This document shows positions 8,798-16,310 of a stretch of DNA of 64,000 nucleotides, in pieces. The position numbers and the translations under genes are program-made. The notes under the pieces were generated by a model. The model saw nothing but the letters and a program-made list of their open reading frames with translations, was not told where the DNA came from and ran no database searches. The first letter of the stretch is position 1. Each line of letters starts with the position of its first letter. Location: the NCBI GenBank assembly GCA_041747855.1, contig JBGTEJ010000055.1, forward strand, positions 3,909 through 67,908. The letters are read 5' to 3'. This DNA is from Acidimicrobiia bacterium (GTDB lineage: Bacteria > Actinomycetota > Acidimicrobiia > Spongiisociales > ZC4RG35).

Positions 8798-9925
8798 ATG
8801 GCGCATATGAGAAGGAAGGGTTCGGGTCAGTGGCAGGTTCGGTACCGGGACCCATCCGGCATTGAGCGAGCCCGAAACTTCCACCGGAAAGCGGATGCCG
8901 AGAAGTTCCTGGTGACCGTCGAGGCGGACAAAGTACGAGGGATGTGGGCGGATCCTCGCCTGGCAAAGATCACCGTTGCCGAGTGGTTGCCTACGTGGCA
9001 GGAGAGCAGGGTCCACCTTCGACCTTCGACGCGTGCGATGTCGGAGTCACTTCTGCGGAATCACGTGATCCCCTACTTCGGTGACCGGCGTCTCGGCTCG
9101 GTGACTCCAACGGTCGTCCAGGGGTTTGTTGCTCACCTCGAGGAGAAGGGTCTGGCGCCGTCGACGATCCGCCAGTCCTACCTGCTGGTCGGGGGCCTAT
9201 TCTCCTCGGCGCTCGAATCCGACCTCATCGTCCGCTCTCCCTGCCGTGGGATCAAGCTGCCGAAGAGCTCTCAGACCGAGGTGCGTTTTCTCACCACTGA
9301 AGAGGTGACCGATCTCGCAGAGGTGATCGATGACCGCTATCGAGCCCTTGTGCTGACAGCCGCGTACGCCGGCTGTCGGTTCGGAGAGCTTGCCGGTCTA
9401 AAGACACACCGTCTGGATCTGCTCAGGCGAAGTCTCACAGTCGCCGAAGCGCTCTCCGAGGTGCGTGGACAAGTTCGGCTCGCTCCTCCTAAGACCGCGG
9501 CAGCTCGGCGCCAGCTAGCGTTGCCCAAGTTCCTAACTGAAGAACTGAATCACCACTTGGCTACATGGCCACCCAGTGCGGAGGGGTTCGTGTTTACAGC
9601 ACCTCAAAGTGGCCCACTTCTTCGCCGCAACTTCCGGAGGCGCACGTGGCTACCTGCAGTGAGAGCCTCGGTTCGCGAGCCTTTGCGATTCCACGACCTG
9701 CGGCACACTCATGCAGCGATGCTGATCGCCCAAGGCGAGCACCCGAAGGTCATCCAGAATCGACTCGGACACTCTTCGATCAAGGTAACGCTGGACACCT
9801 ATGGCCACCTCTTTGAGGGGCTCGATGAGGCCGCAGCCGAGCGTCTCGATGCGACATTCCTTCGGACGCCTGCGGAAGTTGCGTTGACTGCAAACCGAGG
9901 GGAAGTTCGACAGGTTCGTCAGTAA
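8798..9925 (+). CDS. int: tyrosine recombinase / phage-type integrase
   Basis: 375 aa. AAGGAG RBS before the ATG. C-terminal RFHDLRHTHAAMLIAQG...LGHSSIKVTLDTYGHL carries the R..HxxR..Y catalytic signature, and there is an N-terminal SAM-like arm-binding region. Confidence 0.9.
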   Translation: MAHMRRKGSGQWQVRYRDPSGIERARNFHRKADAEKFLVTVEADKVRGMWADPRLAKITVAEWLPTWQESRVHLRPSTRAMSESLLRNHVIPYFGDRRLGSVTPTVVQGFVAHLEEKGLAPSTIRQSYLLVGGLFSSALESDLIVRSPCRGIKLPKSSQTEVRFLTTEEVTDLAEVIDDRYRALVLTAAYAGCRFGELAGLKTHRLDLLRRSLTVAEALSEVRGQVRLAPPKTAAARRQLALPKFLTEELNHHLATWPPSAEGFVFTAPQSGPLLRRNFRRRTWLPAVRASVREPLRFHDLRHTHAAMLIAQGEHPKVIQNRLGHSSIKVTLDTYGHLFEGLDEAAAERLDATFLRTPAEVALTANRGEVRQVRQ

Positions 9926-9980
9926 GAGCCTGCAGCCCTCCACATCGATTGGATCTTCGTGTTCGTGGCGACCTCGACGG

Positions 9981-10820
9981 CTACGACGGAAAGATCTTGG
10001 CTCGCTGGATACCGAACAGGATGCCGGGACCGCCCACGTGGATGACCGTGGCCTCGCCTTGTCCCTCGATTGATATGGGCCGAAGGGCCTGGGGGTTAGT
10101 CATGAATATCAGTGCTCGATCGGTAATCACGACAGAACCTCCCCAGCCTGACCAGATGCCGGCGACACGAACAACACCGGTCCGAACGACCGCTATGTCA
10201 AAGACGGGAAGACCATCAGCCACGGCCCGAGGAGAGTGCCTCAGCAGCTGGTTGTATGCCCACAAAGGGAGGAGACGCTGCCAACCTGAAAGGTTGACAC
10301 GTAGGCGGCCGGGTCGTTGCTCATGTTCGACCTCGCCAGCGATGTAGGTCGTCGTATTGTGACGGATCTCCAGCAGCTTGTGGCCCCGCAGATCGTGGAT
10401 GTCAGCGTTGACCATCAACAATCGACCGCTCTCGTCGAGGTTAAAAGACAAGCTCTGGAGCGAATCGAAGTCGAATATCGCGAACGGCGCCTCACTGGTA
10501 GTTGAAATCGAACCGACGAGAAGCTTATTGAGTGAGGACGGGGGGACCTGGACACCGCCCCACTGCTGCGGTTCCGCAGTCTTCCACTCATACAGCGCGG
10601 TGTCGGTCAGTCTCAATTGACCACGGGTCACGGCGTCATGGCACGCCGGGCACAGAGCGATCATGTGTGCCTGGTCATGAGTCTGATAGATCGCCCATTC
10701 CCTGATGTGGTGCAGCTCGATGAGCGTATTAGGGCATGCGGGGTTCGAGCATTGGCCCGCGGCCTCATCAAGTAGCGCTGACTTAACCGAAGTCGGTACT
10801 GCTGGGCGATGCTGAGCCAT
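9981..10820 (-). CDS. HNH endonuclease-domain protein with ~190-aa uncharacterised C-terminal domain
   Basis: CSNPACPNTLIELHHIREW...HMIALCPACHDAV (Cys4 plus HH..N/H pattern) in the first 80 aa. The remainder has no recognisable motif. Confidence 0.65.
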   Translation of the reverse strand: MAQHRPAVPTSVKSALLDEAAGQCSNPACPNTLIELHHIREWAIYQTHDQAHMIALCPACHDAVTRGQLRLTDTALYEWKTAEPQQWGGVQVPPSSLNKLLVGSISTTSEAPFAIFDFDSLQSLSFNLDESGRLLMVNADIHDLRGHKLLEIRHNTTTYIAGEVEHEQRPGRLRVNLSGWQRLLPLWAYNQLLRHSPRAVADGLPVFDIAVVRTGVVRVAGIWSGWGGSVVITDRALIFMTNPQALRPISIEGQGEATVIHVGGPGILFGIQRAKIFPS

Positions 10821-10954
10821 ACGAAGGATTCTGCTCCCACCCGAGATTCATCCAGAATCCACCCGGCCTCCGCTGTCACGGACCTTGGGCTCCTACGGCA
10901 CTTCCTGGAGGGTGGCGACGGGCCCTCCGAGGAGCACTTCGACACCGGCTCTCC

Positions 10955-10982
10955 GCGGACTCCCGCGGATTTTCCTCGAACT
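10955..10982 (+). promoter_or_regulatory. three phased GCGGACT-type repeats (putative arm-type sites, module A right arm)
   Basis: GCGGACT 10955, GCGGATT 10965, TCGAACT 10976. The first repeat starts exactly 101 nt before the att core at 11056, the same distance as in module B. Confidence 0.5.
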
Positions 10983-11055
10983 CTGGTCCGAACCATAGGC
11001 TCGAAGTCCAAAAGCGAGACGGCGACACCCCAGGTAGGTGGGGGTTTTATGGGGA

Positions 11056-11100
11056 TGGAGCTGAGGGGATTCGAACACCTAACCCCTAGACTGCAAGTCA
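11056..11100 (-). repeat. diverged tRNA-Ala 3' fragment (internal att copy separating modules A and B)
   Basis: 40 of 45 nt identical to 13984-14028. One mismatch changes the anticodon position from GGC to TGC. No tRNA 5' half is present. Confidence 0.8.
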
Positions 11101-11497
11101 TTGGAGCGGTTTCGCTGCATGTTCCCGACAGCCCTGCAGTACCTGTGCTCGCCGAGTACTCTGCGGTTATAACTGTTCAGATAGACGTTGAGCTCCAGCG
11201 GGACGCCGCTCTGCGCGGAGTTGTCGGTTCTGTGGGCAAGCAAACTGGCGGCCATATCGCTGTCGCGATCCTCGACTCCGACTGGGCAACGAGCGGCCGC
11301 GGTGAATATGTGGACCCATCAGATCCGGTCGTTCGCATGGCAGCTCACCTGGCCATCAACGAGCATGACGGCGAGTATCCGTGGCCACTAGTCCAGGCAA
11401 AGGGACTACAGCACTATCGGATCGATTCATCCTTTTTCGAGATGGCAGAACGGCGGCTTGGCAGGAAGTGACTGAGTTGCACTAACCGGGGAAGTCG

Positions 11498-11746
11498 TCA
11501 GCAAGATGGTGCCACTTCTCGCCTCGTTTGGGCGTGGTAGCGCTGTAGTAGCTCAGCGTGCTTCGGCGAGATCAAAGCGGTCGACCGCATGTTTTGGAAC
11601 AACTCGTATCGTTCAGCCAACGGCAAGAACTTCTCGTATTCCGCGGCGAACTTGTTGTGCCTGAGCACGGCGAGTTCTTCGGACGAGAGCTGCGCCCTAA
11701 CGAGCCCGGTGTAGGTGTCCGGATGGGGAATCGTCGCTTCGTCCAC
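11498..11746 (-). CDS. hypothetical 82-aa ORF (weak)
   Basis: GTG start only and no recognisable motif. It may be a gene fragment. Confidence 0.25.
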   Translation of the reverse strand: MDEATIPHPDTYTGLVRAQLSSEELAVLRHNKFAAEYEKFLPLAERYELFQNMRSTALISPKHAELLQRYHAQTRREVAPSC

Positions 11747-11926
11747 CTACTTGACGATTCAGTAGGGGTTGCGGAAGTAGTGCCTCAGAAGAGGCTCCCA
11801 TTTCGGGTACTGAAGCTAGTAGATGTATGCAATCTCTCTGACCTGCTTGTGGAGCTTCTCGAGTCATCGGCAGCTAACGGGTCTTCGTTGATCGGGAGGC
11901 GCTTACCGACCCGTCCTGCCGACAAT

Positions 11927-12724
11927 TCATTCGAGGATGCGACGATGGTCGAGCTGACCGACTCGCTCTCCTTGTCGAGCCAAGTAGCGGCGTTGAGTCA
12001 CGCCCCACGCGTCTTCAATGAGGTTGCCTATCGCGAACGCCATATCTTGTTGGAATCCATCGTCTGGTACCTGGTCGAGTTCGAAGTGCCAGAGCAGATT
12101 GTCGTCAGCGCAGCCTCCTACGGAGTTGTCCCACGAACCCGGCTCAGCCCAGCCTTCAGCAACGTTGCCAAGAAATGCGCCCTTGGTTGAGACGAGACCG
12201 ATAGTCAACTGCCAAGGAGTCGGAAGGCCAACGCGGCGGTGAAGCTGGACTGTGAACTTCAGCATCGCCCAGGTGTAGGTAACGATGGAGGCAAGGGCGA
12301 AGGTCCGGACGGTTTCGCCCCGATCATCCTGGTACTCACGCGCGCCGCTACTTCCAAGACCGAGCTCGATGGCGCCAGAGCGGTGAACACCAAGGAATCT
12401 CCTCCATGCCCCATCCCTGCCGTGATCATTAACCACGACCGCGGCATGAGCTGTGGGGAATGTCTGGTAGCCAAACCTCACACCTCGACCTTCCACTTTC
12501 ATTTCCTGTTCCGCTTTGAACCAGTCCCAAAAGTCTCCATCGAACCACAAAGCATCTCGTTCTGGGTCAGCGGGGAGCAATACGGCTTGCACGGTGAGTG
12601 ATTCGAGCCGTGTTGCCAATCCAACGCCGCCGAAGTCCGATCGTCGAACGTTATCGAGACCGTGGCGGTCGAGAGTCCTACGCCAACGGGCTCGGATTAG
12701 CTCGGTGTCGGCGAGAGACGTCAT
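11927..12724 (-). CDS. hypothetical protein, 265 aa, no recognisable domain
   Basis: ATG 12722-12724 overlaps the TGA of the upstream gene (ATGA). Composition looks protein-like and Trp-rich (WFDGDFWDWF). Confidence 0.6.
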   Translation of the reverse strand: MTSLADTELIRARWRRTLDRHGLDNVRRSDFGGVGLATRLESLTVQAVLLPADPERDALWFDGDFWDWFKAEQEMKVEGRGVRFGYQTFPTAHAAVVVNDHGRDGAWRRFLGVHRSGAIELGLGSSGAREYQDDRGETVRTFALASIVTYTWAMLKFTVQLHRRVGLPTPWQLTIGLVSTKGAFLGNVAEGWAEPGSWDNSVGGCADDNLLWHFELDQVPDDGFQQDMAFAIGNLIEDAWGVTQRRYLARQGERVGQLDHRRILE

Positions 12725-13848
12725 TGCGTCATCTGGCGGCGAAGCCGTACTGTGAAGTCTTCCGCCAGTTCGTTGGTCTGTTGGAGAAGAGCGGCTCGTC
12801 TGCGGACCGGCGGGGACAGCACGACCACGGCCTGGTCGTTATTCCTAAAGCCCATCGTTGCCATGTTTGGGTTGCGCTCTTGTTCGATGCGCGTCCGCCA
12901 AGGCATGTACCCCGCGCCCCGGAGGGCGATTACAGGAGCAGCGTGGCTCAACCGCTCAGCTGAGTCGACATGGTTGAGGAGTCGAGCACAGAAGCGAAGA
13001 CCACTGGCGATTCGGTTCGAGACGTCCTCCTCGATCACAGATCTGATGCCCGACGCCCAGGTGCTCTGATCCACGGCAGGCTGAACGATCAGGAGGTTGG
13101 CAGTCTCGTCGATCGACACCAGACCCGAGCCTCGCTCCTGAGTCAATTGAATCGCGTCCCCCTTGACCGAAACCTCAGTGCCGACCGCCGACGAAAGCAC
13201 CGAATCACTGCCGGTGAGGGCCTCGGACAGAAGAAACCTTCCCAACACATCCTCATCGAGTTCGGCCGGCCGTAGTACCGAGCGCAGCGGTCCGCTTGCG
13301 ACCGCCAGTATGAGGTCAGGGCCACCAGAATGGAGCTCCGTTGGTAGCAGGCCTCGAGCCCGATCAACAAGCTCGGCATGGTCTAGGGGAGCCGCCTCGT
13401 TTGCGAGCGCAAATTCGTAGATGGCACGCATGACTTTGTCGCGTAGCTCAGATGCGTCACTGAATCCGGCAGTGAAGTGCCCACGTTCCCATCCCCTCAC
13501 TTCGCGTATGAACTCTGCCTGCTGCTCCTCGGGGTCAATGCCATCCTGTATGAACACAAGGACCGGTGTCGCATCACGAGCCTCGCGATACTCCTCGTGA
13601 GTTGCCGAGAGTCCAGATGCTTGAACTGCGCCGTACTCAGCACCAAGAATCAGCAGAAGGACGTCCGCATCGCGAACTTCAGCCAGACAGGCTTGCTGTG
13701 GGGTATTTGAAGTCGCGCTGAAGTCTTCGGCCCGAACTGGCGTGTGGCGAAGGTTGGCAACCGCAGACGCGGCGGCGTCTCGAAGGGCTTCCTGGCCACG
13801 GATGAGAGAACTTATGAACACCTGCATCGGACCCATTATCTCTCGCAC
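12721..13848 (-). CDS. DUF4062-like (TIR / nucleoside 2-deoxyribosyltransferase-like fold) N-terminal domain protein with unknown C-terminal half
   Basis: QVFISSLIRGQEALRDAA...PVRAEDF...DADVLLLILGAEYG...SATHEEYREA...PVLVFIQD follows my recollection of the DUF4062 consensus (VFISS..., acidic residue, GxxYG, S.T..EY, hydrophobic strand). The GTG at 13848 is doubtful; ATGs at 13836 or 13827 are likelier starts. Confidence 0.6.
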   Translation of the reverse strand: MREIMGPMQVFISSLIRGQEALRDAAASAVANLRHTPVRAEDFSATSNTPQQACLAEVRDADVLLLILGAEYGAVQASGLSATHEEYREARDATPVLVFIQDGIDPEEQQAEFIREVRGWERGHFTAGFSDASELRDKVMRAIYEFALANEAAPLDHAELVDRARGLLPTELHSGGPDLILAVASGPLRSVLRPAELDEDVLGRFLLSEALTGSDSVLSSAVGTEVSVKGDAIQLTQERGSGLVSIDETANLLIVQPAVDQSTWASGIRSVIEEDVSNRIASGLRFCARLLNHVDSAERLSHAAPVIALRGAGYMPWRTRIEQERNPNMATMGFRNNDQAVVVLSPPVRRRAALLQQTNELAEDFTVRLRRQMTQ

Positions 13849-13882
13849 CTATGACAGAACCGCGGTCAATTGGGGCCGTTCC

Positions 13883-13910
13883 TCGGACTCCTGCGGACTC
13901 TTCGCGGACT
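13883..13910 (+). promoter_or_regulatory. three phased GCGGACT repeats (putative arm-type sites, module B right arm)
   Basis: TCGGACT 13883, GCGGACT 13893, GCGGACT 13904. The first starts exactly 101 nt before the tRNA 3' end at 13984. Confidence 0.5.
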
Positions 13911-13983
13911 CCTGGCCAAGACAGCGTCCGCGAGATCATCCGTCGGGACAGCAAACCCCCAGGTAGAAGAGGGTTTTTAGGAG

Positions 13984-14057
13984 TGGAGCTGAGGGGATTT
14001 GAACCCCTGACCCCTTGACTGCCAGTCAAGTGCTCTGCCAGGCTGAGCTACAGCCCC
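13984..14057 (-). tRNA. tRNA-Ala (anticodon GGC)
   Basis: Reverse complement is GGGGCTGTAGCTCAGCCTGGCAGAGCACTTGACTGGCAGTCAAGGGGTCAGGGGTTCAAATCCCCTCAGCTCCA. It has a 7-bp acceptor stem with G3:U70, anticodon loop CTGGCAG and a TTCAAAT T-loop. CCA is not encoded. Confidence 0.92.
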
Positions 14058-14108
14058 TTTCGGGATTCGGCATTTTAGCTGGAACCACGGTCTCGGAGAA
14101 TCTGGGCA

Positions 14109-15071
14109 CTATTCGGACTCTGCCGATTTCCCATACCCGGTCACCAGCGCACGCCCGAGATCGGCGAGGACTCCACGCAGGTCACTCGGATCCTCGACTT
14201 CGAACGAGAAAGGCAGGCTAACCAGGTAGCGGGCAAGCCAACCCAGGTCGTCGGCCCCGATCAAGAGCCGAGTGCGCACGGGCCCGGCACCTTCCAACGA
14301 CCCTACCGACGGTGGTATCGATCGACGGACGATCTCGATAGGGGCGTCGAGCATGATCACCGCCCGAATGCTGTATGCGTTCACGGCAACACCCGTGGTC
14401 ACCATTTCGACGGGGTCGGGGGCGGGACGCCTGGTAGAACGAATGCCGGTCGCTCGGGCTCCTGACAGCCGGTCCATCCGAAAGCTTCGCCAGTCGTCCC
14501 GGTCGAGGTCGTAGCCGGCGAGGTACCAACGTCGTCCCAGATGAACCACCTGGAGCGGTTCCACGTGCCGTTCGGTCTGTCGGCCAGCGGAGTCCACGTA
14601 CCCGAACCGCAACCTGATCCGACTCCTGGCGGCACCAGAAACGACGGCCAGTTCGGCCGGGTCGATCATGACATTGCCGAAGGGCACCGTCACCGTCGAT
14701 TCGGCGATGTCGTTGAGACGGTCACGCAACTTCGGTGGCAGCACTTGTTCAAGTTTGGCCATAGCCGAGAGCGAGGAGTCCTCGATGCCAGCCACCGCCG
14801 AGGTAGCCGCAATCCTGAGCCCGACCGCGACAGCGAGCGCCTCATCGTCGTCGAGAAGAAGGGGAGGGAGCTTGCCACCCGCCCCTAACCGGTACCCGCC
14901 CCCTGGACCGGCCAGCGCCTCCACCGGGTATCCCAACGAACGCAACCGGGCGATGTCTCTCCGGATCGTCCTGGGAGTGACTCTGAGCCGATCCGACAAC
15001 TGGTCCGATGTCCAGTCGACCCTGCCCTGCAACAGGGCGAGAAGCTTGAGTAATCGTTCTGCGGTGTCCAC
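14109..15071 (-). CDS. HTH-WYL domain transcriptional regulator (YafY-like)
   Basis: N-terminal LLKLLALLQGRVDWTSDQLSDRLRVTPRTIRRDIARLRSLGYPV and a central HLGRRWYLAGYD WYL motif. Confidence 0.8.
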   Translation of the reverse strand: MDTAERLLKLLALLQGRVDWTSDQLSDRLRVTPRTIRRDIARLRSLGYPVEALAGPGGGYRLGAGGKLPPLLLDDDEALAVAVGLRIAATSAVAGIEDSSLSAMAKLEQVLPPKLRDRLNDIAESTVTVPFGNVMIDPAELAVVSGAARSRIRLRFGYVDSAGRQTERHVEPLQVVHLGRRWYLAGYDLDRDDWRSFRMDRLSGARATGIRSTRRPAPDPVEMVTTGVAVNAYSIRAVIMLDAPIEIVRRSIPPSVGSLEGAGPVRTRLLIGADDLGWLARYLVSLPFSFEVEDPSDLRGVLADLGRALVTGYGKSAESE

Positions 15072-15358
15072 GGGGACATCATCCTAAATATTCAGGACAG
15101 ACGCTGTCCGCTATGCCCCATATATTCGAGGATGTGAACTGCAAAGACGGCAGATAAAGAAGGGACCGAAGTGATCATGTTCATCGGATACGAGGAAGCG
15201 AAGAACCTGCAAAGGGAGCGCGTCGAACGATCCCTCCACCGCTACCAGTTGATCACTGCACTCTCCGTCGGCCACCCGGCCGTACCATCGGCCGAAGCCG
15301 AGGTCGTGGAGCTGCCACATGCCGAAGCGTGTGAGTGCGCCGAGCAGATAGGTGCCTG

Positions 15359-15949
15359 ATGAACGAATGGTCGACAACGGTGCGAATTGAAGGGGGGGTC
15401 CTTGCCTGTCACCCGGCAACACCCAACCGGTTCGCCGACCTAGAGGGGTGCTCGGATCCTCCGCCGTCTCCAAGAAGTGCTTCTGCATGTGGTGGCGCCG
15501 AGAACCAGGGAGCGGATACGGTGAGACCGGGAACAGAGACCGGTTCTCCCGGGTCGTCGAAGCCGGGCCTCCGCCCGGGCTCATCGGTTATCTCGAAGGT
15601 GAGCCCGTCGGATGGGTCCAGGTAGGCCCGAGAGACGACTTTCCCGGACTTGATCGCTCCCGGCTCCTTGCCAGAGTTGACGACAAGCCAGTGTGGACGA
15701 TCAACTGCTTCGTGGTCCGATCAGGTCAGACGCCGAGGCGTCGGCTCGGCGATGGCCCTGGCTGCTGTCGAGTTCGCGGCCCATCAAGGAGCGGAAACCG
15801 TCGAGGCCTACCCATACGAGGACACCAAGTGGGCGGCGGTCAACTTCTACACGGGAACCGTCGGGATGTTCGAAGAGCTGGGTTTCGAAGAAGTCGCCAG
15901 ACGTAAACCGACACGGCCGATAGTCCGCCTCGAGGTAGAAACCGGCTAG
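15359..15949 (+). pseudogene. GNAT-family N-acetyltransferase disrupted by two opposite-sign frameshifts
   Basis: Homology-like sequence runs frame 2 (MNEWSTTVRIE..PATPNRFADLEG), then frame 1 from ~15448 (VLGSSAVSKKCFCMWWR...GYLEGEPVGWVQVGP...TINCFVVRS), then frame 2 from ~15720 (QVRRRGVGSAMALAAVEFA...EAYP...FEELGFEEV). Frame 2 has a TAG at 15623. Confidence 0.6.
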
Positions 15950-16296
15950 CTCTCGGTAACCAACGGCTCGGCCCAATCGACACGTTTGGAATCGCCCCAC
16001 AGCCGTTCCAGCGAATAGAAATCACGGGGTTCGGCCTGGAACAGGTGAACGATGATGTCGCCGTAGTCCATGAGCAGCCACTCCCCCTCGGTCTTGCCCT
16101 CCAGCCTGAGGGGCTTGAGTTGGAAGGCTTCTCCGAGCTTCTCCTCGACATGTTCGGCGAGGGCCTGGACATGGGGTCGGGAGGTTCCAGTTGCTAGGAC
16201 GAAAACGTCAGACAGGAAGAACACCTTCTCCACATCGAGCAGGACAATGTCGAGCCCTTTCTTGCTGAAGATGGCATCCGCTGCCACCCGGGCCAC
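15946..16296 (-). CDS. rsfS: ribosome silencing factor RsfS
   Basis: 116 aa with KKGLDIVLLDV...FVLATGTS..H..A......WLLMDYGDIIVHLF..E.R.FY.LE.LW. Confidence 0.9.
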   Translation of the reverse strand: MARVAADAIFSKKGLDIVLLDVEKVFFLSDVFVLATGTSRPHVQALAEHVEEKLGEAFQLKPLRLEGKTEGEWLLMDYGDIIVHLFQAEPRDFYSLERLWGDSKRVDWAEPLVTES

Positions 16297-16310
16297 TTCG
16301 ACACTGTGCT

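Larger units (their letters stand above)
376..11055. mobile_element. integrative island module A (int/xis-bearing, defence-type cargo, no conjugation, replication or phage structural genes seen)
   Basis: Bounded by tRNA-Ala-derived repeats at 328-375 and 11056-11100. Contains a tyrosine integrase, an excisionase-type HTH protein, AIPR, an R-M pair and HNH. Confidence 0.75.
11101..13983. mobile_element. integrase-less island module B (satellite or remnant element sharing att arms with module A)
   Basis: Lies between the internal att copy and the intact tRNA. Its right arm (13883-13983) is collinear with module A's right arm (10955-11055). No recombinase ORF is present. Confidence 0.6.

Noticed and set aside
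376-13983. Prophage or conjugative element (AICE/ICE) interpretation of the island
   Set aside because: I found no capsid, terminase, portal or tail genes, and no FtsK/TraSA-like translocase, relaxase or Rep genes in any frame. Only int and xis plus cargo are present.
15111-15584. 157-aa minus-strand ORF and 62-aa plus-strand ORF (15171-15359) between the WYL regulator and the GNAT gene
   Set aside because: The long one is antisense to the GNAT coding sequence. The short one has a weak RBS and no motif. Neither can be supported.
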